Shown here in pieces: positions 1-20,366 of a stretch of 64,000 nucleotides of DNA. Under the pieces are notes generated by a model. That model made no database searches. It was not told the origin of the DNA and saw only the letters and a program-made list of their open reading frames with translations. How positions within the stretch are numbered: position 1 is the first letter of the stretch; each line of letters opens with the position of its first letter. Position numbers and translations under genes: made by a program. The stretch lies in NCBI RefSeq assembly GCF_009914755.1, contig NC_060944.1, one strand, 5' to 3'. The stretch comes from the human T2T-CHM13v2.0 reference genome, Homo sapiens.

Positions 1-531
1 ATCTGACCAATCAGAGCATCCCATTTCCCCAGCTGTGGTGATTGGCTCTCAGGGTTGTGCATGTGAACCAAGTCACTCCAAAAGCAGCTGGACCAAGGAC
101 TTTTCATCTCTGTTGGGAAAGAGGTGCCTGCCATCTGCTAGGGTGGCTGAGCTGGGATATTAATCCAGAGCTGCTGAGGGATTGTCCCTGTTGCTCCTAG
201 GGGAAAATCTGCCTTAGAGTATAGCCACCGTGGAGATAATACGAGAGTCCAGAAAACAGTGTCAGCATCAGGATTGAGCTGAGCTTTATATGAGCCAATA
301 AGTTCCCTTTCAGCAAGTTGGGCCTCCCACCACTTGTAGTTACAAGTAACCTCTAGCTACTGTAGGGCAAAGACTAGTGCCCCATTTGACAGGTGATACA
401 ACTAAGGCTCCAAGCAGAAGACAGGAAAAGGGGAGGAGCCAACGTTAATCATCTAGTACTTGCCATTCACTGTCTATATTGCTTTATTTAATGCGACTAA
501 GCTGGGTTGCAAGCTTTAGTGTGACACTGAC

Positions 532-1020
<489 letters not shown>

Positions 1021-1178
1021 GAAGAAAGAAAGAAAGAGAAATAGAGGAAGGGAAGGAAGGAGGGAGGGAGGGAAGGAGGAAAGAAGGAAGGAAGGAAGGA
1101 AAGAAGGAAGGAAGGGAGGGAGGGAGTGAAGGAGGGAGGGAGGGAGCAGAGGGGAGGAGGGGAGGGAGGGAGGGAGGC
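1021..1178 (+). repeat. Polypurine (GAAA/GGAA/GGGA)n tract derived from the Alu tail
   Basis: Near-pure A/G run directly after the Alu. Confidence 0.9.
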
Positions 1179-1654
1179 CCAAGGTCTGAAAGCCAGTGCT
1201 TCCAAGGGTAACCCTTTCCCCTTGACCCTTGCTCTTGCCCCCACAGTGTAGGAAGTTGAACTTTATTCTGCTGACATATCTGTGTTTGAGCTTCCAGACA
1301 AACTTCATATCTGCAACTGCGACAGTTCTGTCCCAGGCAGGATCCCAGCAGGAGGCAGATGGCAGATCTGCAGAGGGAAACTGAGGAGTGTACAATGGAG
1401 GGAGTGTTTACAAGGAGATAGCAGGTTAAAGGACCCCAAAGAGATGGTGACGGCCCCCAGGACTAGCATCAGAGGGAAGGGAAGCTGTTAGGACCCCAGG
1501 CCTGAAGCCGCCAAGGAAGAAGATGATGCGGAAGCCAGCAAGCGCTGCATGTGCAGGAGAGGATCCACTGCCCGGCATGAGCACGGCCTTGGGAAGAGAA
1601 ACTCAGTTCTGCCAGCCTCTGCACTGCAAGCCTTTTGTCGAACATATGTTTAAA

Positions 1655-1960
1655 TAAATAAAAGAAAAAGCAGCAGTTTTTAATTTTGATGCAACCCAAT
1701 TCATCTTTTTTGATGGCTGGTGCTATTTACATCCTATCTAAGGAATGCCTGTGTTCCCTTCTAGAAGTTTTAGAGTTTCAGCTTCTATGTTTAAGTCTGC
1801 AATCTATTTAACGTTAATTTTTGTATGGTATGAGTTAGAGGTTGAAGTTCATTTTTACCCTTTTTGAGTATTCATTTACTTCTAAACCATTTGTTGAAAA
1901 GACTTTCTTTTCCCCATTGAATTACCTTGTGCCTCTGGTGAACATTTGTTGAATATATAC
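1655..1960 (-). mobile_element. Ancient L1M ORF2 fragment
   Basis: T-rich antisense L1 signature (ttctagaagttttagagtttcagc ... atttgttgaaaagactttcttttccccattgaatt). Confidence 0.7.
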
Positions 1961-2469
1961 AGACGCCTTCACCCTACCCCAGCCCTGGGGAAGCCCTGCT
2001 CTCATCCAGGCTCCTGGGTCTGGGTTTGAGGCCCCCTTGGGGCTCTCACCCTGGCCCTGTGGTGTGGGCATCTCAGCATAATGCCCCGGCTTCCCACCCT
2101 GCCACCCTCCCAGCATCACCCATGCCCCTCTCCCTGCTGTGGACCTGGTCCAGTGGCTGCCAGGTGGGTTCTGTGCACTGGCTCCTGGTCTGGGCCCTTG
2201 CTCCATGGGTGACTATGGACAAGGGGGTGCCCCTTCCTGGGCCTCAGTCTCCCCATCTTTACAATTTGAGACCTGATCAGGTTAAGGCCCTTCCAGCACA
2301 AATGTTCCATAATTCTGTGATTCCACAAAGAGAATCCAAGAAAGTTCCATGGAGCTTAACCAGGGGCAGCCATCTCCCTCTGCCTGGAGCTCCGGATGAG
2401 GCCCAGGTCTGTAGGGCACCATGTTGGGGCTGAGATAGTGGGGACAGAACAGTTGGCCCTGCTGAGAAG

Positions 2470-3245
2470 AGGAGGGATGTGTGTGCGGGGTGGGGGGCAT
2501 ATACACATGGATGCACATTTGTGTGTGCACAGCTGTATATACATTCTGTGATTGGGTGGGGATGCTGATGCTTGAGTACTATACACAGGTGTGGCGCAGC
2601 ACAGCATGATCTCTGGGGGCTTGGCCTGTTTGTACACATGTGAATGTTCATCTCCATGTGTGGTGCCTGGGCCAGGTATCCATGCAGGTGCATGCATGTG
2701 GGTGCACACATGTGCATATGTGGGAGCGTGTGGACGTGCACTGGGGCTGTGTGCTTGGGGCTCACATTTATCTCATGCCTGTTGCTTGCCAGCCATTCTT
2801 CTAAGCACTTTCCATGCATTAACTCACGCAACCCCCATGATGGCTTTATCTGAGATTGTTTCTCAGGTTTGAGGAAACTGAGGCTCACAAGGGTTAAACC
2901 ATGTGACCCAAATGACAGGTTCAGAAGTGGTGAAGCTGGGGGTTGGACCCAGGCTGTCTGGTCTCAGAATGAGTGATGTGGCCCATGTCTGTGGGGTCTG
3001 TGTAGACAGCGGGGCGTTTGCATTCAACTGTTTCAGGGGGTGTGCACCTGTGTGTGAGATGGCGGGAAAGGTTCTGCGTGTGTGCATACATGGTGGAGTG
3101 TACATGTGTGTAGGTACAGGCATGTGTTGTAGAAAGCCTTTGCACACACATGCAGGTTTGTGCTCACACGTGTGCATCTACCAGTGTCCCCATGGGTGGG
3201 TGCTTGGGCATGTGCACAGGCACATTGGTGGGGACGTGTGAATTT
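2470..3245. repeat. Two degenerate (TG/CA)-rich low-complexity tracts flanking a MIR (~2770-2960)
   Basis: Many gtgtg/gcatg/cacac units; MIR core gaggaaactgaggctcaca. Confidence 0.65.
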
Positions 3246-3917
3246 GCACCCCAGCATGATAGAGGGGAACCTCGGGGCCCTGGCAGAGAACAGAGGGAAG
3301 CCAAGCTCTCTGGGAGGAGAGCAGCCTGCTCTGTGAGTTGCATTCCACGCTGCACATTTGTGTTTTCCAAACCGGGGGATGGAGCACTAACGGGTGTCAG
3401 CCGCCCTTGGAGAATGAGGGATGTGGAGAGAAGGGCCTCCTGGGCTGCTCCTTATTGCACAGATTGCTTTTAGGGGACACATATGAGGCTGGTCTTACTG
3501 AGACAAGGGGTATGGCCCCAAGACAGGCCTCACTCATGACCTAGCGCCTCCCGGGAACTTCTCAGGGTGTTACAGGTGGAAGATTGGAGACACCCTGCCC
3601 TGGAGCTGGGCGCGAAGCCCTGGGCTGAAAGTTTTCCTGGCCAGTTTGAGCTCCATGACCCTGGAGAGGTGCCTCCCACCTCTCAGACTCGGTTTCCTGC
3701 TCTGGGAGAAGAAGCCACAGCGGCATCCGTGATTTCTGTCTGGATGTGTCCGTCCTGCCCGCCTTTGACCTTCCCTTGTGGACTTGGTCCGCCTCACACT
3801 GAGCCATGGTATGGACCAGGTGGGGCTGACCCAGCACTGGCCTGGGGGGATGTGTGACCCCAGGGCGACCATGCAGAATGCTCCATCCTCCTGGACTCTG
3901 ATTGGAAGTGGGAGGGA

Positions 3918-4360
3918 CATTGTTTCCTGTGGCCACTGTAACAAGTCACCACAAACAAGGTGGCTCACAACAAAGACATTCACATCTCATGGCCCTAAGG
4001 CTGGAAGCCTGAAGTCAGGGTGGCTGTGGCTCCCTCTGGAGGCTCAGGGCGTGGGGGGAGAATTCGTTCTTGGCCTTTTCCAGCTTCAGGTGGCTGCCGG
4101 CATTCCTTGGCTGTGGCCACATCGCTCCAGTCTCTGCCACCATGGCCACATTGCCTCCTCCTCTGTCTTCTCTTCCCTCTCATAAGGACCCGTGACAGTA
4201 TTTAGGGTCCACTCAAAATAATCCAGAATCATTTCCTCATCCCAGGATCCTTACCTTAGTCACATCTGCAAAGACCTCTTTTCCAAATACGTGGGCACCG
4301 CAGGTTCCAGGTATTTGATGTGGACATCTTTCCTGGGGGCTGTTCTGTGGGTTTTCACAG
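3918..4360 (-). mobile_element. MaLR LTR, MLT1C/D-like
   Basis: ctgtaacaagtcaccacaaac ... ccttagtcacatctgcaaagacctcttttccaaata ... gtggacatcttt motifs. Confidence 0.7.
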
Positions 4361-4711
4361 ACATGTGACCACAATAGGCCAATGGGAGCCTGCCCTGGGG
4401 CTTCTGCAGGTTTTTCGGGAAAGAGACATTCTCTGTGCCCCGAGGCTGCTGAGCTGAGGGGTGGAAGCCAGGAGCTGCCAGTGGTCGTCATGGTCCCCCA
4501 TGGAAACTACCTACTTGGGAGTGAAGCCAACACAGAGGACAGCAGAGCACAGAGATGGAGACAGACTGCGTCGTGGCCAGATTGTTGGAGCCCTGGAGCC
4601 AGCTGGGTCAGAAGCCCAATACGCCTGACTTCATTACATGGGCTGGGAGGTTTTCTTGTTTCACTTATTTCTGTTTGAACTGAGCTTCTGTCCCTTACAA
4701 CCAGAGGAATC

Positions 4712-4713
<2 letters not shown>

Positions 4714-4742
<29 letters not shown>

Positions 4743-5050
4743 TTTTTTTTTTTTTTTATTTTTATTTTTTGAGACGGAGTCTCGCTGCCGCCCAGGCTGG
4801 AGTGCAGTGGCGCGATCTCAGCTCACTGCAGGCTCCACCCCCCAGGGTTCACGCCATTCTCCTGCCTCAGCCTCCCGAGTAGCTGGGATTACAGGCACCC
4901 GCCACCACACCTGGCTAATTTTTTGTATTTTTAGTAGAGACGGTGTTTCACCATGTTAGCCAGGATGGTCTCGATCTCCTGACCTCGTGATCCGCCTGCC
5001 TCGGCCTCCCAAAGTGCTGGGATTACAGGCCTGAGCCACCGCTCCCGGCC
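4714..5050 (-). mobile_element. AluY, older AluYe-lineage copy
   Basis: (TTTA)n/T tail; TSD AACCA(G/C)AGGAATCTT (4699-4713 / 5051-5065); Ye-type GGAGCCTGCAG and the 2-bp deletion before GAGACTCC. Confidence 0.85.
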
Positions 5051-5458
5051 AACCACAGGAATCTTGACCAACAGAGCTCGGGGTTATTCTTGGGGTCACC
5101 TAAATGATGGGACCAGGCAGACCTATGGAAGAAACTGCTGCTTCACAAAGGCCGTGTCCTGTCTATCTGGGGACCAGAGGCTGCTGAGCAGTTTCTCCAG
5201 GAGGGGCAGGGCTGTGCAGAGTCCCCTCTCCCACCTTCAGGATGGCCTCAGGCTCAGGTCACAATGGGGAGCCGCGGTGCCGAGCTCTCAGCCCCTCTTC
5301 CCAAGGATCATGCAGGGTCTGACCAATGAACTCAGCTGATCCCAGTCAGATGTGTCTGCAATTGGCAGTGGCTCCCTGGAGAGGGCAGGACTTGAGCCAG
5401 ATGAAGGAAGGGAGAGGTATACAGAGCACATACCATGCTTGAAAAAATGGAATATGAG

Positions 5459-5620
5459 GGTGTCGTGGTGCAGACCTGCAGTCCCAGCTACATGGGAGGC
5501 TGAGGTGGGAGGATCACTTGAGCCTGGGAGGCCAAGGCTTCAGTGAGCCATGACTGCGCCACTGCACTCCAGCCTGGACAACAGAGAGAGACCCTGTCTC
5601 AAAAAAAAAAAAAAAAAAAA
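5459..5620 (+). mobile_element. Free right Alu monomer (FRAM) or 5'-truncated AluJ
   Basis: Single right arm, A20 tail, degenerate TSD ...GAATATGAG on both sides. Confidence 0.8.
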
Positions 5621-5748
5621 GTCGAATATGAGTCATTTGTCCAATGTCCATCCCCCTCCCCTCCCCGGGCCTGGATGCTCCTAAAGGTAGGGCTGGTGCA
5701 CCTGCAGTTCACCCCCTCTAGGGTCGTGGCCTCCCAGAATCCAACTCA

Positions 5749-6118
<370 letters not shown>

Positions 6119-7077
6119 GCCAAAGTCCTCACAATGGTACATGAGGCCTTAATCCACTGGTCTCACCCCACTGCCCTGTCAGCTTTCACCTCAGGGCCTT
6201 TGCACTTCCTTCCATCTTACAGGAATTCTCTACCCTAAGACATCCACGTTACTCATTTCCTCCCATTTTTACTCAAATGTCACCTTGTTAGTGAGGCTGT
6301 CCCCAGCCACCCCATCCACACTGCACACCCCATCCTCCCCTCCTGCTCTCTTTTTCTCCATGGCTCTGTCAGTCACTATTATTATATAAGTAATACACTC
6401 ATTGATTTTTTTGTTTATGTCCCCAAACTAGGCTCTCAGTGCCACGAGGGCAGGGACCTTGGTCCACTTTCTCCTCTGTTCATAACGAGCATTTTCTAAA
6501 TGGGAAATGAATGAACGAGCTCTGTCTTCTGGGCCCAGTGCCCTGATTGCCCCTTGGGAAGCCTCCGTCCTTTACTCTCAGTTCATGTGCTGCGGATGGG
6601 TGAACCCCACACCCAGCTCCACGCAAGGACAAGATCTAGCCCTGGCAATTGGCATATTTGAGGCCACTGGGTACAGCTGGGCAGCTGTCCCCCCACACAA
6701 GGAACTGAAACCCTTCCCACCAAGCCTTGTGTCCTGGCACAGAGCTGTTTCTCCTGAGAGGAAGGGGCACCCTTTTTCTAACTCACACCAAGGCACCCAG
6801 GGATAGCCCTGACCACGAGCAAATCCCATCACCTTGACTGCAGTGTTTGAATCAGGGACGGACATGGGGCCAGGTTGGCACATGCAGGGATGTTAAATCA
6901 GGTGAATCCTGTGAAGTCCTCAGGGGCCACCAGGAAGAGAAGGTCTTTCTTCTAGGGTTGCTGTGCTTGTAGGTAGCATCCCCCCACCAGCGAGGGAAGA
7001 GGCGGGAGCACCACTGCGTGGCTGGGAGAAACTAACTGGATCCCTGGATCCAGCCCTACCCCAGGCTGGAACCATTC

Positions 7078-7442
<365 letters not shown>

Positions 7443-8328
7443 TAAACTGGCTGGGGTTGAGTTTCTGTCATTAACAACCACAGGATCCTTGTCTGACCCA
7501 GGAAGTGAGATAACAACACCCTGCAGGACAGCCATGTAGCTAAATTAGACCCTGCCCTTGAAAAGCACTGTGTCCTTTTTAAACACTTGAGGCATATGAA
7601 GGGCTGCTGGGGATGCTGGCAGCCTCCGACTTCATCACCTCCTTCCTCTGCCCAGGGCTGCTCCCCACAGGAGTCTGTTCCCCTCCCCAGTGCAGCCTCT
7701 GCCCCCTCCTCAAAGAAAGTTTCAGCACTCACAGCTCCTCTCTCTCAGCTGAGTGATTTTCTCCCTTCCTATTTTGTCATCTTGAAAGATGGCAAATTGG
7801 AGCACTTAATTTTCCCCCTCCAACCCAATTAATATGAAAGTGCACAGCGCTGATGTGCGGAAGCGAAAAGCAAATCATTTATATCAATTAGCAAAAATGA
7901 GCTTTGTGCAAACTCGCAATGAAGAATGATCTCAGAGACAGGAAGCCCAGGAGGGAAGCCTGGGAGGGACCCCCGGAGCCTCCTGAAGGAAGCGAGGCTT
8001 TGGGCGCAGTATCAGGATTGCATTTTGTCCCCTCTCCCTCCCACAAGGTCCCTGGAATCAAGAGACTTAACAGGTAAAGCCATGCTTCACTGTTCTCAAA
8101 TTTCAACAAGACTCCCCACAGCAAGCTCCAATGCAAAGTCTTTCTTGTCAACGTGTGTCCTGAGTCAGCCCACGTTTCTCTACCGCCACTGCCTCCCTGA
8201 GCGGAGCCCCATCATCCATCATGGCCCCCCTGGGTAATGATAACAGCACCTCTCTCTCTCCAGGCTTCCACTCTGGCCGCCTTCAACCCACACCCACATT
8301 CATGCAATGTACACTGCAGTCAGATTGA

Positions 8329-8680
<352 letters not shown>

Positions 8681-9946
8681 TGAGCTTTTAAAATACAAAT
8701 CAAATCATGTCACCCTCCAGTGCTGAAACCATTGCTGTTAGAATAAAATCTAAACTCCTCATCACGGCACTCAGGGACCCACGTGGCCTGGCTTCTGCCG
8801 ACCTCCCAGCCTCTCCCCTGGCTCCCTCCATTGCAGCCACGCGGGCCTCCTTGCTATTCCTTCACGTTGCCTTGCTCATTCCTGCCCTGGGCCCTTTGCA
8901 CGTGCTGTTTGCCACATCTTTTCCTGGCTGCTCAGTTTTATCTTTCTCGCCTTGATTCAAACGTGACTCCCCCACCCAGGCGAATGTCACTGTCCTTGGT
9001 TGCTATGTATCCCCTTCACATCCCTTCAATCCACAGACACCTGGTAAACACCTTTCGTGTTCCAGCCACATTCAAGGCCCTGGGGATATGGCAACAAATA
9101 AGATGGACAAAAACCCTGTTTCATGGAGTTATATCCTGGTCCAGATGGTGGGAGAAGTGTACAAAAACTGCCAGCTGGGTAAAGAAGACAAAAAAAGATG
9201 CCAAATAATGAAAAGCGCTATGAGGAAAACGAAGACGGGAAGGGAGGCAAGGCTGTACTTAGAAGCCGGGTGGTCAGGGTGGGCTTCGCAGAAGAGGTGA
9301 CACACAGGTGAAGACCTTAGCGGGAGGAGGGACTCCGTGCAGATGTCTGGGGGAAGAGTGCTCCGGGCAGAGGGAAAAGCAGGCGCAAAGGCCCTGGGGC
9401 CAGCCCATGCCTGTTGTGTTTGAGGAGCCTGGAGGAGGCCACCGTGGCCGGGGCAGAGTGAGTAGGGGAGGGGAGATGAGGTGGAGGCCAGGGGCTGGAG
9501 GCTACGGCTGGACTCTGGCTTTTGCTCTGGGTGAGGTGGGAGCTGAGGGAAGGTCTGGAGCAGAAGAGGTCTAAACAGAACCCCTCTGTGAGGATATCAA
9601 CCATCAGGGCCCAGACAAGCACTGGTTCGGGAGCAGTGATGACTATGGAGTAGGTTTGCCGAAGGAGGGCCATGTTTCTTATCTTTGATTCTGAATGACT
9701 CTCAAGGATCGTACAGCAGAGAAACAGAGGAGAGGAGAGGTTTTAACTCTTCCCTGGGGGCTCCAAAGGGCTTTCTTGGGCTCTCTGCTTGCATTTTTTC
9801 ATTCATTCACTTCAGACCTAGGAGACAGATAAAGTTGGGTTCAATGGCCAGCTCCACCACTTCCTAGCTGGGTGACTTTGACCAAAGACCTTAACTTCTC
9901 TGGGCTTAGGTTGTCTCAGATGAACAATGGGGGTCAAACGGTACCA

Positions 9947-10170
9947 CTTCCTTCTTCCTTTTTTCCTGCTTCCTTCTTCTGCTTCCCCTTCCTTCTTCTA
10001 CGTCCCCTTCCTTCCTCCTTTCTTTCCTCCTTCCTTCCTTCTTCTTCTTCCTTCTTCCTCATTCTTTCCTTACTCTTTCCTTCCTTCCTTCTTCCTTCCC
10101 TCCTTCCTCCTTCCTTCCTCCTTCCTTCCTTCCTCCTTCCTTCCTTCCTACTTTCCTGCCTTCCTTTTTT
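9947..10170 (+). repeat. Polypyrimidine (CTT/CCTT)n low-complexity tract
   Basis: Direct inspection. Confidence 0.9.
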
Positions 10171-10980
10171 TGTCATTAAACTGTTAAGTTCTATGAGGAC
10201 TGTGACTTGGATCTACGTTGCTTATTGCCCTATTTCCAGGGCCCAAGACCTTGCTTGGCACAGAGTGGGTGCTCCATAAATATCCATCAAATGGGTGAAT
10301 CCCCGCGAGTCCTGAGCAGATGGAAAACACCTTGTCAGGGTCAGGGTTGGTTGGAGACTGGAGTAAATGCCAAATTCCAGAAACACAGATCCAAGTGGGG
10401 ACAACAGATGTGTCTGCCGGGAACTGAATCACCCAGCAGAAAGTGACATGCGTCCCAGGCCTTGTTCTAAATTCCAAGAGGGCAAACAAACGTGCGTTCA
10501 TGAAATGTTTGATGTCTGCCTGCAGCTCATGTGTAAGCTGTAGGTCAAATTTATGGGCCAGAGAGAGTCGTATTGCAAAGTGCTGTGTGTACACGTGTTA
10601 TCGCACTGGGGCCACTTGTGTAATCAATATGCGCTATTCAGTCTCAGGGCGTATGTTCATTGTCTTAACTATGATGGAGGTGTAGCTCGGAGACTCTGTG
10701 CCAGGAGATCAGCAGAGCCTGGGGCCTCAAGGGGACTCCCTGCGGGGGAGAGGGACAGCCGTGTAGCAGAGTGACAATGAAGGCTTCTGATTTAATGTGC
10801 AGTTTCCAGGCCATGTGTCAGCCGTTCACGTGTGTGGTTTCATTGAATCCTCAGACAGCGCTTGAGGGACGGTCCTGGACTAATTCCATTTTACAGATGA
10901 CAGCACTGCAGAACAGAGGGGTCTAGTGTTTTTCCCAAGGTCACACAGTTCTCAAGTTGCAGAGTAAAGACTTAAATCCA

Positions 10981-11277
10981 GCTGGGTGCAGTGGCTCACG
11001 CCCGTAATCCCAGCACTTTGGGAGGCCAAGGCGGGTGGATCAACTGAGGTTGGGAGTTCGACACTAGCCTGATCAACATGGAAAAACCCCGTCTCTACTA
11101 AAAATACAAAATTAGCTAGGCATGTGGTGGCACATGCCTGTAATTCCAGCTACTCGGGAGGCTGAGGCAGGAGAATCACATGAACCTGGAGGTGGAGGTT
11201 GCAGTGAACTGAGATCGCGCCATTGCACTCCAGCCTGGGCAACAAAAGCGAAACTCTGTATCAAAAAAAAAAAAAAA
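10981..11277 (+). mobile_element. AluSp-like, inserted in a MIR
   Basis: Dimer with GTTGGGAG/CCTGATCAACATGGA; TSD AAAGACTTAAA(T/C)CCA. Confidence 0.88.
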
Positions 11278-11570
11278 GACTTAAACCCAGGTCCACCCTG
11301 ACTGATCAAAAGCTAGGGTGCCCAACCCCCCCTGGTTTGTCTAGGACCGTCTCTGTTTGAAAACGTACAGTCCCACAACCTGGAAACCTGCGAAGATCCC
11401 AGGCTAAGAGGAACTGTTGTTGACCCTATGTAAGATCCATGCTTTGAACCACACAGTTACCCTTTGGTGGGAAAGCATAGAAGGCAGTGGTGAGGTTTTC
11501 CCAGGCGGTGTAAACTCACACAGAGGGACAAGAACCTGGGAAAGGAAAGGGTATGCTTGAGGAGTGGGGC

Positions 11571-12460
<890 letters not shown>

Positions 12461-12560
12461 ACTTCAGCCAATTAGAGAAGTGGCCATATTTCATTGGAAT
12501 TTTTTAACTTTCCATTTTAAAGCAAGTATAGACTCATAGGAAACTACAAAACATATTACA

Positions 12561-17412
<4,852 letters not shown>

Positions 17413-18025
17413 AATAATTACACATAGTGTCCGAATTTTAGAGGAACCAGGCACAGAGGAAAAAAACACGTTCCAAGTTTTGTTAAGAGGAGTATACTGA
17501 TCGACAGTGTTAAAAGCTGTAGCTAGTTTAAAATAAAGTGTACCTGACTTTAAAAAACAAAACAAGAATTATAAATATTCTAAAATAAAGATAAATAGAT
17601 TGCTTCCTTCTTTTGTTAGTTTAGTCTATTTTAACATTTGTCCTGCTTGATATTTATAAACATTTTAGCTATTCCTAAGTTCTGTTCATTTTTTCTGTTA
17701 TAAAAAATTTTTTCTGTTATAAAAAATGTAAGAGTTGAGAACACCTGGTAAAGCTCTACAGCTAGTTATATGCTGTTTTTCTTGAGGAAGTTTAAACCTC
17801 TGTAAATCACAAAATATCTAGGGTGGTTAGAAACATAATAGACAAAGACATTTGGTTATTTCTGTGGTTTACAGGAGCTTAACATAATAATTTTAATTAA
17901 AATTGACAGCACATATTCAGAGATTAAGAACATTAAAAACCCCATGTGGTTTTGAGACCTGTGTTAATATTACTCAGGAAAATATATTCTGAAAAAATAA
18001 AATATTACCATCAAAATAAAAAAAA
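17413..18025 (+). other. L1 3'-transduced segment with its own AATAAA (17996-18001) and a second A tail (~18013-18025)
   Basis: Lies between the L1 tail and the 3' copy of TSD AAAACATATTACA (12548-12560 and 18026-18038). Very AT-rich compared with the surrounding DNA. Confidence 0.85.
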
Positions 18026-18079
18026 AAAACATATTACAAAGAATCCCATGTAGAATCCCCTTTGCCCAGCTTCCCCCAA

Positions 18080-18391
18080 CAGCAGTTCCCTAACCTTTTT
18101 GGTACCAGGCACTGGTTTGGTAGAAGACAATTTTTCCACAGACCAGGGGGCAGGGGTAGGGATGGTTTGGGGATGAACTGTTCAACCTCAGATCAACAGG
18201 CATTACTTAGATTCTAATAAAGAGCATGAAACCTGGAGCTCTCACATGTGGAGTTCACAATAGGGTTCCCGCTCCTATAAGAATCTAATGCCGCTGCTGA
18301 TCTGATGGCCACTCACCTCCTGCTGGGCGGCCCAGTTCCCAGCAGACCACGGATCAGTACTGGCCCGTGGCCCAGGGGCTGGGGACCCCTG
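18080..18391 (-). mobile_element. MER1B (hAT-Charlie) DNA transposon
   Basis: Termini CAGCAGTTCCCTAACC ... GGCTGGGGACCCCTG; internal GAATCTAATGCCGCTGCTGATCTGA. Confidence 0.8.
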
Positions 18392-18728
18392 CTCTGACTG
18401 ACTAGGCCTGGGTCATGTGTCCTCCCATGGAACCAGAATTAGGATCAGCCTGAAAGTGGGGGACAAAAGATTCTCCAAGTGAAACTGGGCTACCGTCACC
18501 AGAAGACAGAGGAGAGACAGATGCTTAATGGGCACCAACCCCAGATCCGGAAGGACTCTGCCAGTGTGTTCAGGACAGGCTGCAGGTGAGAGGTCAGCTA
18601 TTGTCACTGGCCAGTCAAGAAATGAACAAGGTGGGGGCAATTGTCCGTTAGGCCCAGAGGGAGCAGTGCTTAGGGCTCATGGCACTTGCAGGAGCCCACA
18701 CAAATATTTTCATTTCTTTGAAAATCAG

Positions 18729-19017
<289 letters not shown>

Positions 19018-19892
19018 TCAGAAGAAAAAGTGACTATACTTTAGCCTGGATTATATTTGCTTTTATGCCAACATAGTCATAAAATATAAGTTTAATTTAT
19101 TTCTTTTTAGGAAGAAGGGGCCCAGGAAGATGGACACAGTAGCCCTAGGTATTTGCTTGGATATGGTGGACAGAGAGAGGCAATTAGGAAGTTTCCCAAA
19201 TTTGGATCCTGGCACCTAAAAGGATGGTTTGGTCATCTGAAGGGGGATGGGTGAAGAACTGAGTCTCAGCCAACTTAGTTGCAGGTGCTAAGGCGAGGAT
19301 AGGATTATAGCCTTTGGGGTTTGGATCCTAGATCTGTGAGCACCAGAGTGACCTTGGGCAAGGCCCTTTACCTCCCTGAACCTCTTGTTCCCCATCCATA
19401 CAATGGACAGAATAACTGGCATCTTTTCTGGATTGTCATGGGGATTACACGAAGCATCACATGTGCTTAGCAAAGGGTTCAGCATATAGACGGTGTCTAA
19501 CAAATGGAGTCTGGGTATTAGATTTGGGAGACCTCAGAAGAGAATTTGATAAAGAGATTAGGACCAGAAATGAGATGACCTGAAGCTGTGAGCAAAGAGG
19601 GATTGTGCAAGAAAGCAGTTGAGGAGAGACAAGGAGGCAGAGGTCCCAGGACATGAGCCACTGAGGACCCTAGGAGGGAGACAGTTAGCACAGGTGGTAA
19701 GAAAGGAGGTGTATCCTGGCCTCAGGATCTTGAAAGCAAAGGGAATGATGGGCATCAGGAAGCTGGAGGTTATTACCAGGGTCTGAGTGGTGGAGAAAGG
19801 TTCTGGGGGAAAGAAAGATAAAATCGATATCTGTGCTTTTGTCTGAGCAGTTTCTAAGCCCCATCCTTTTCATTCATTCACTTGTTCATTCA

Positions 19893-20366
<474 letters not shown>

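Noticed and set aside
2277-3473. His/Cys-rich ORFs resembling metal-binding proteins
   Set aside because: Arise from degenerate TG/CA low-complexity DNA.
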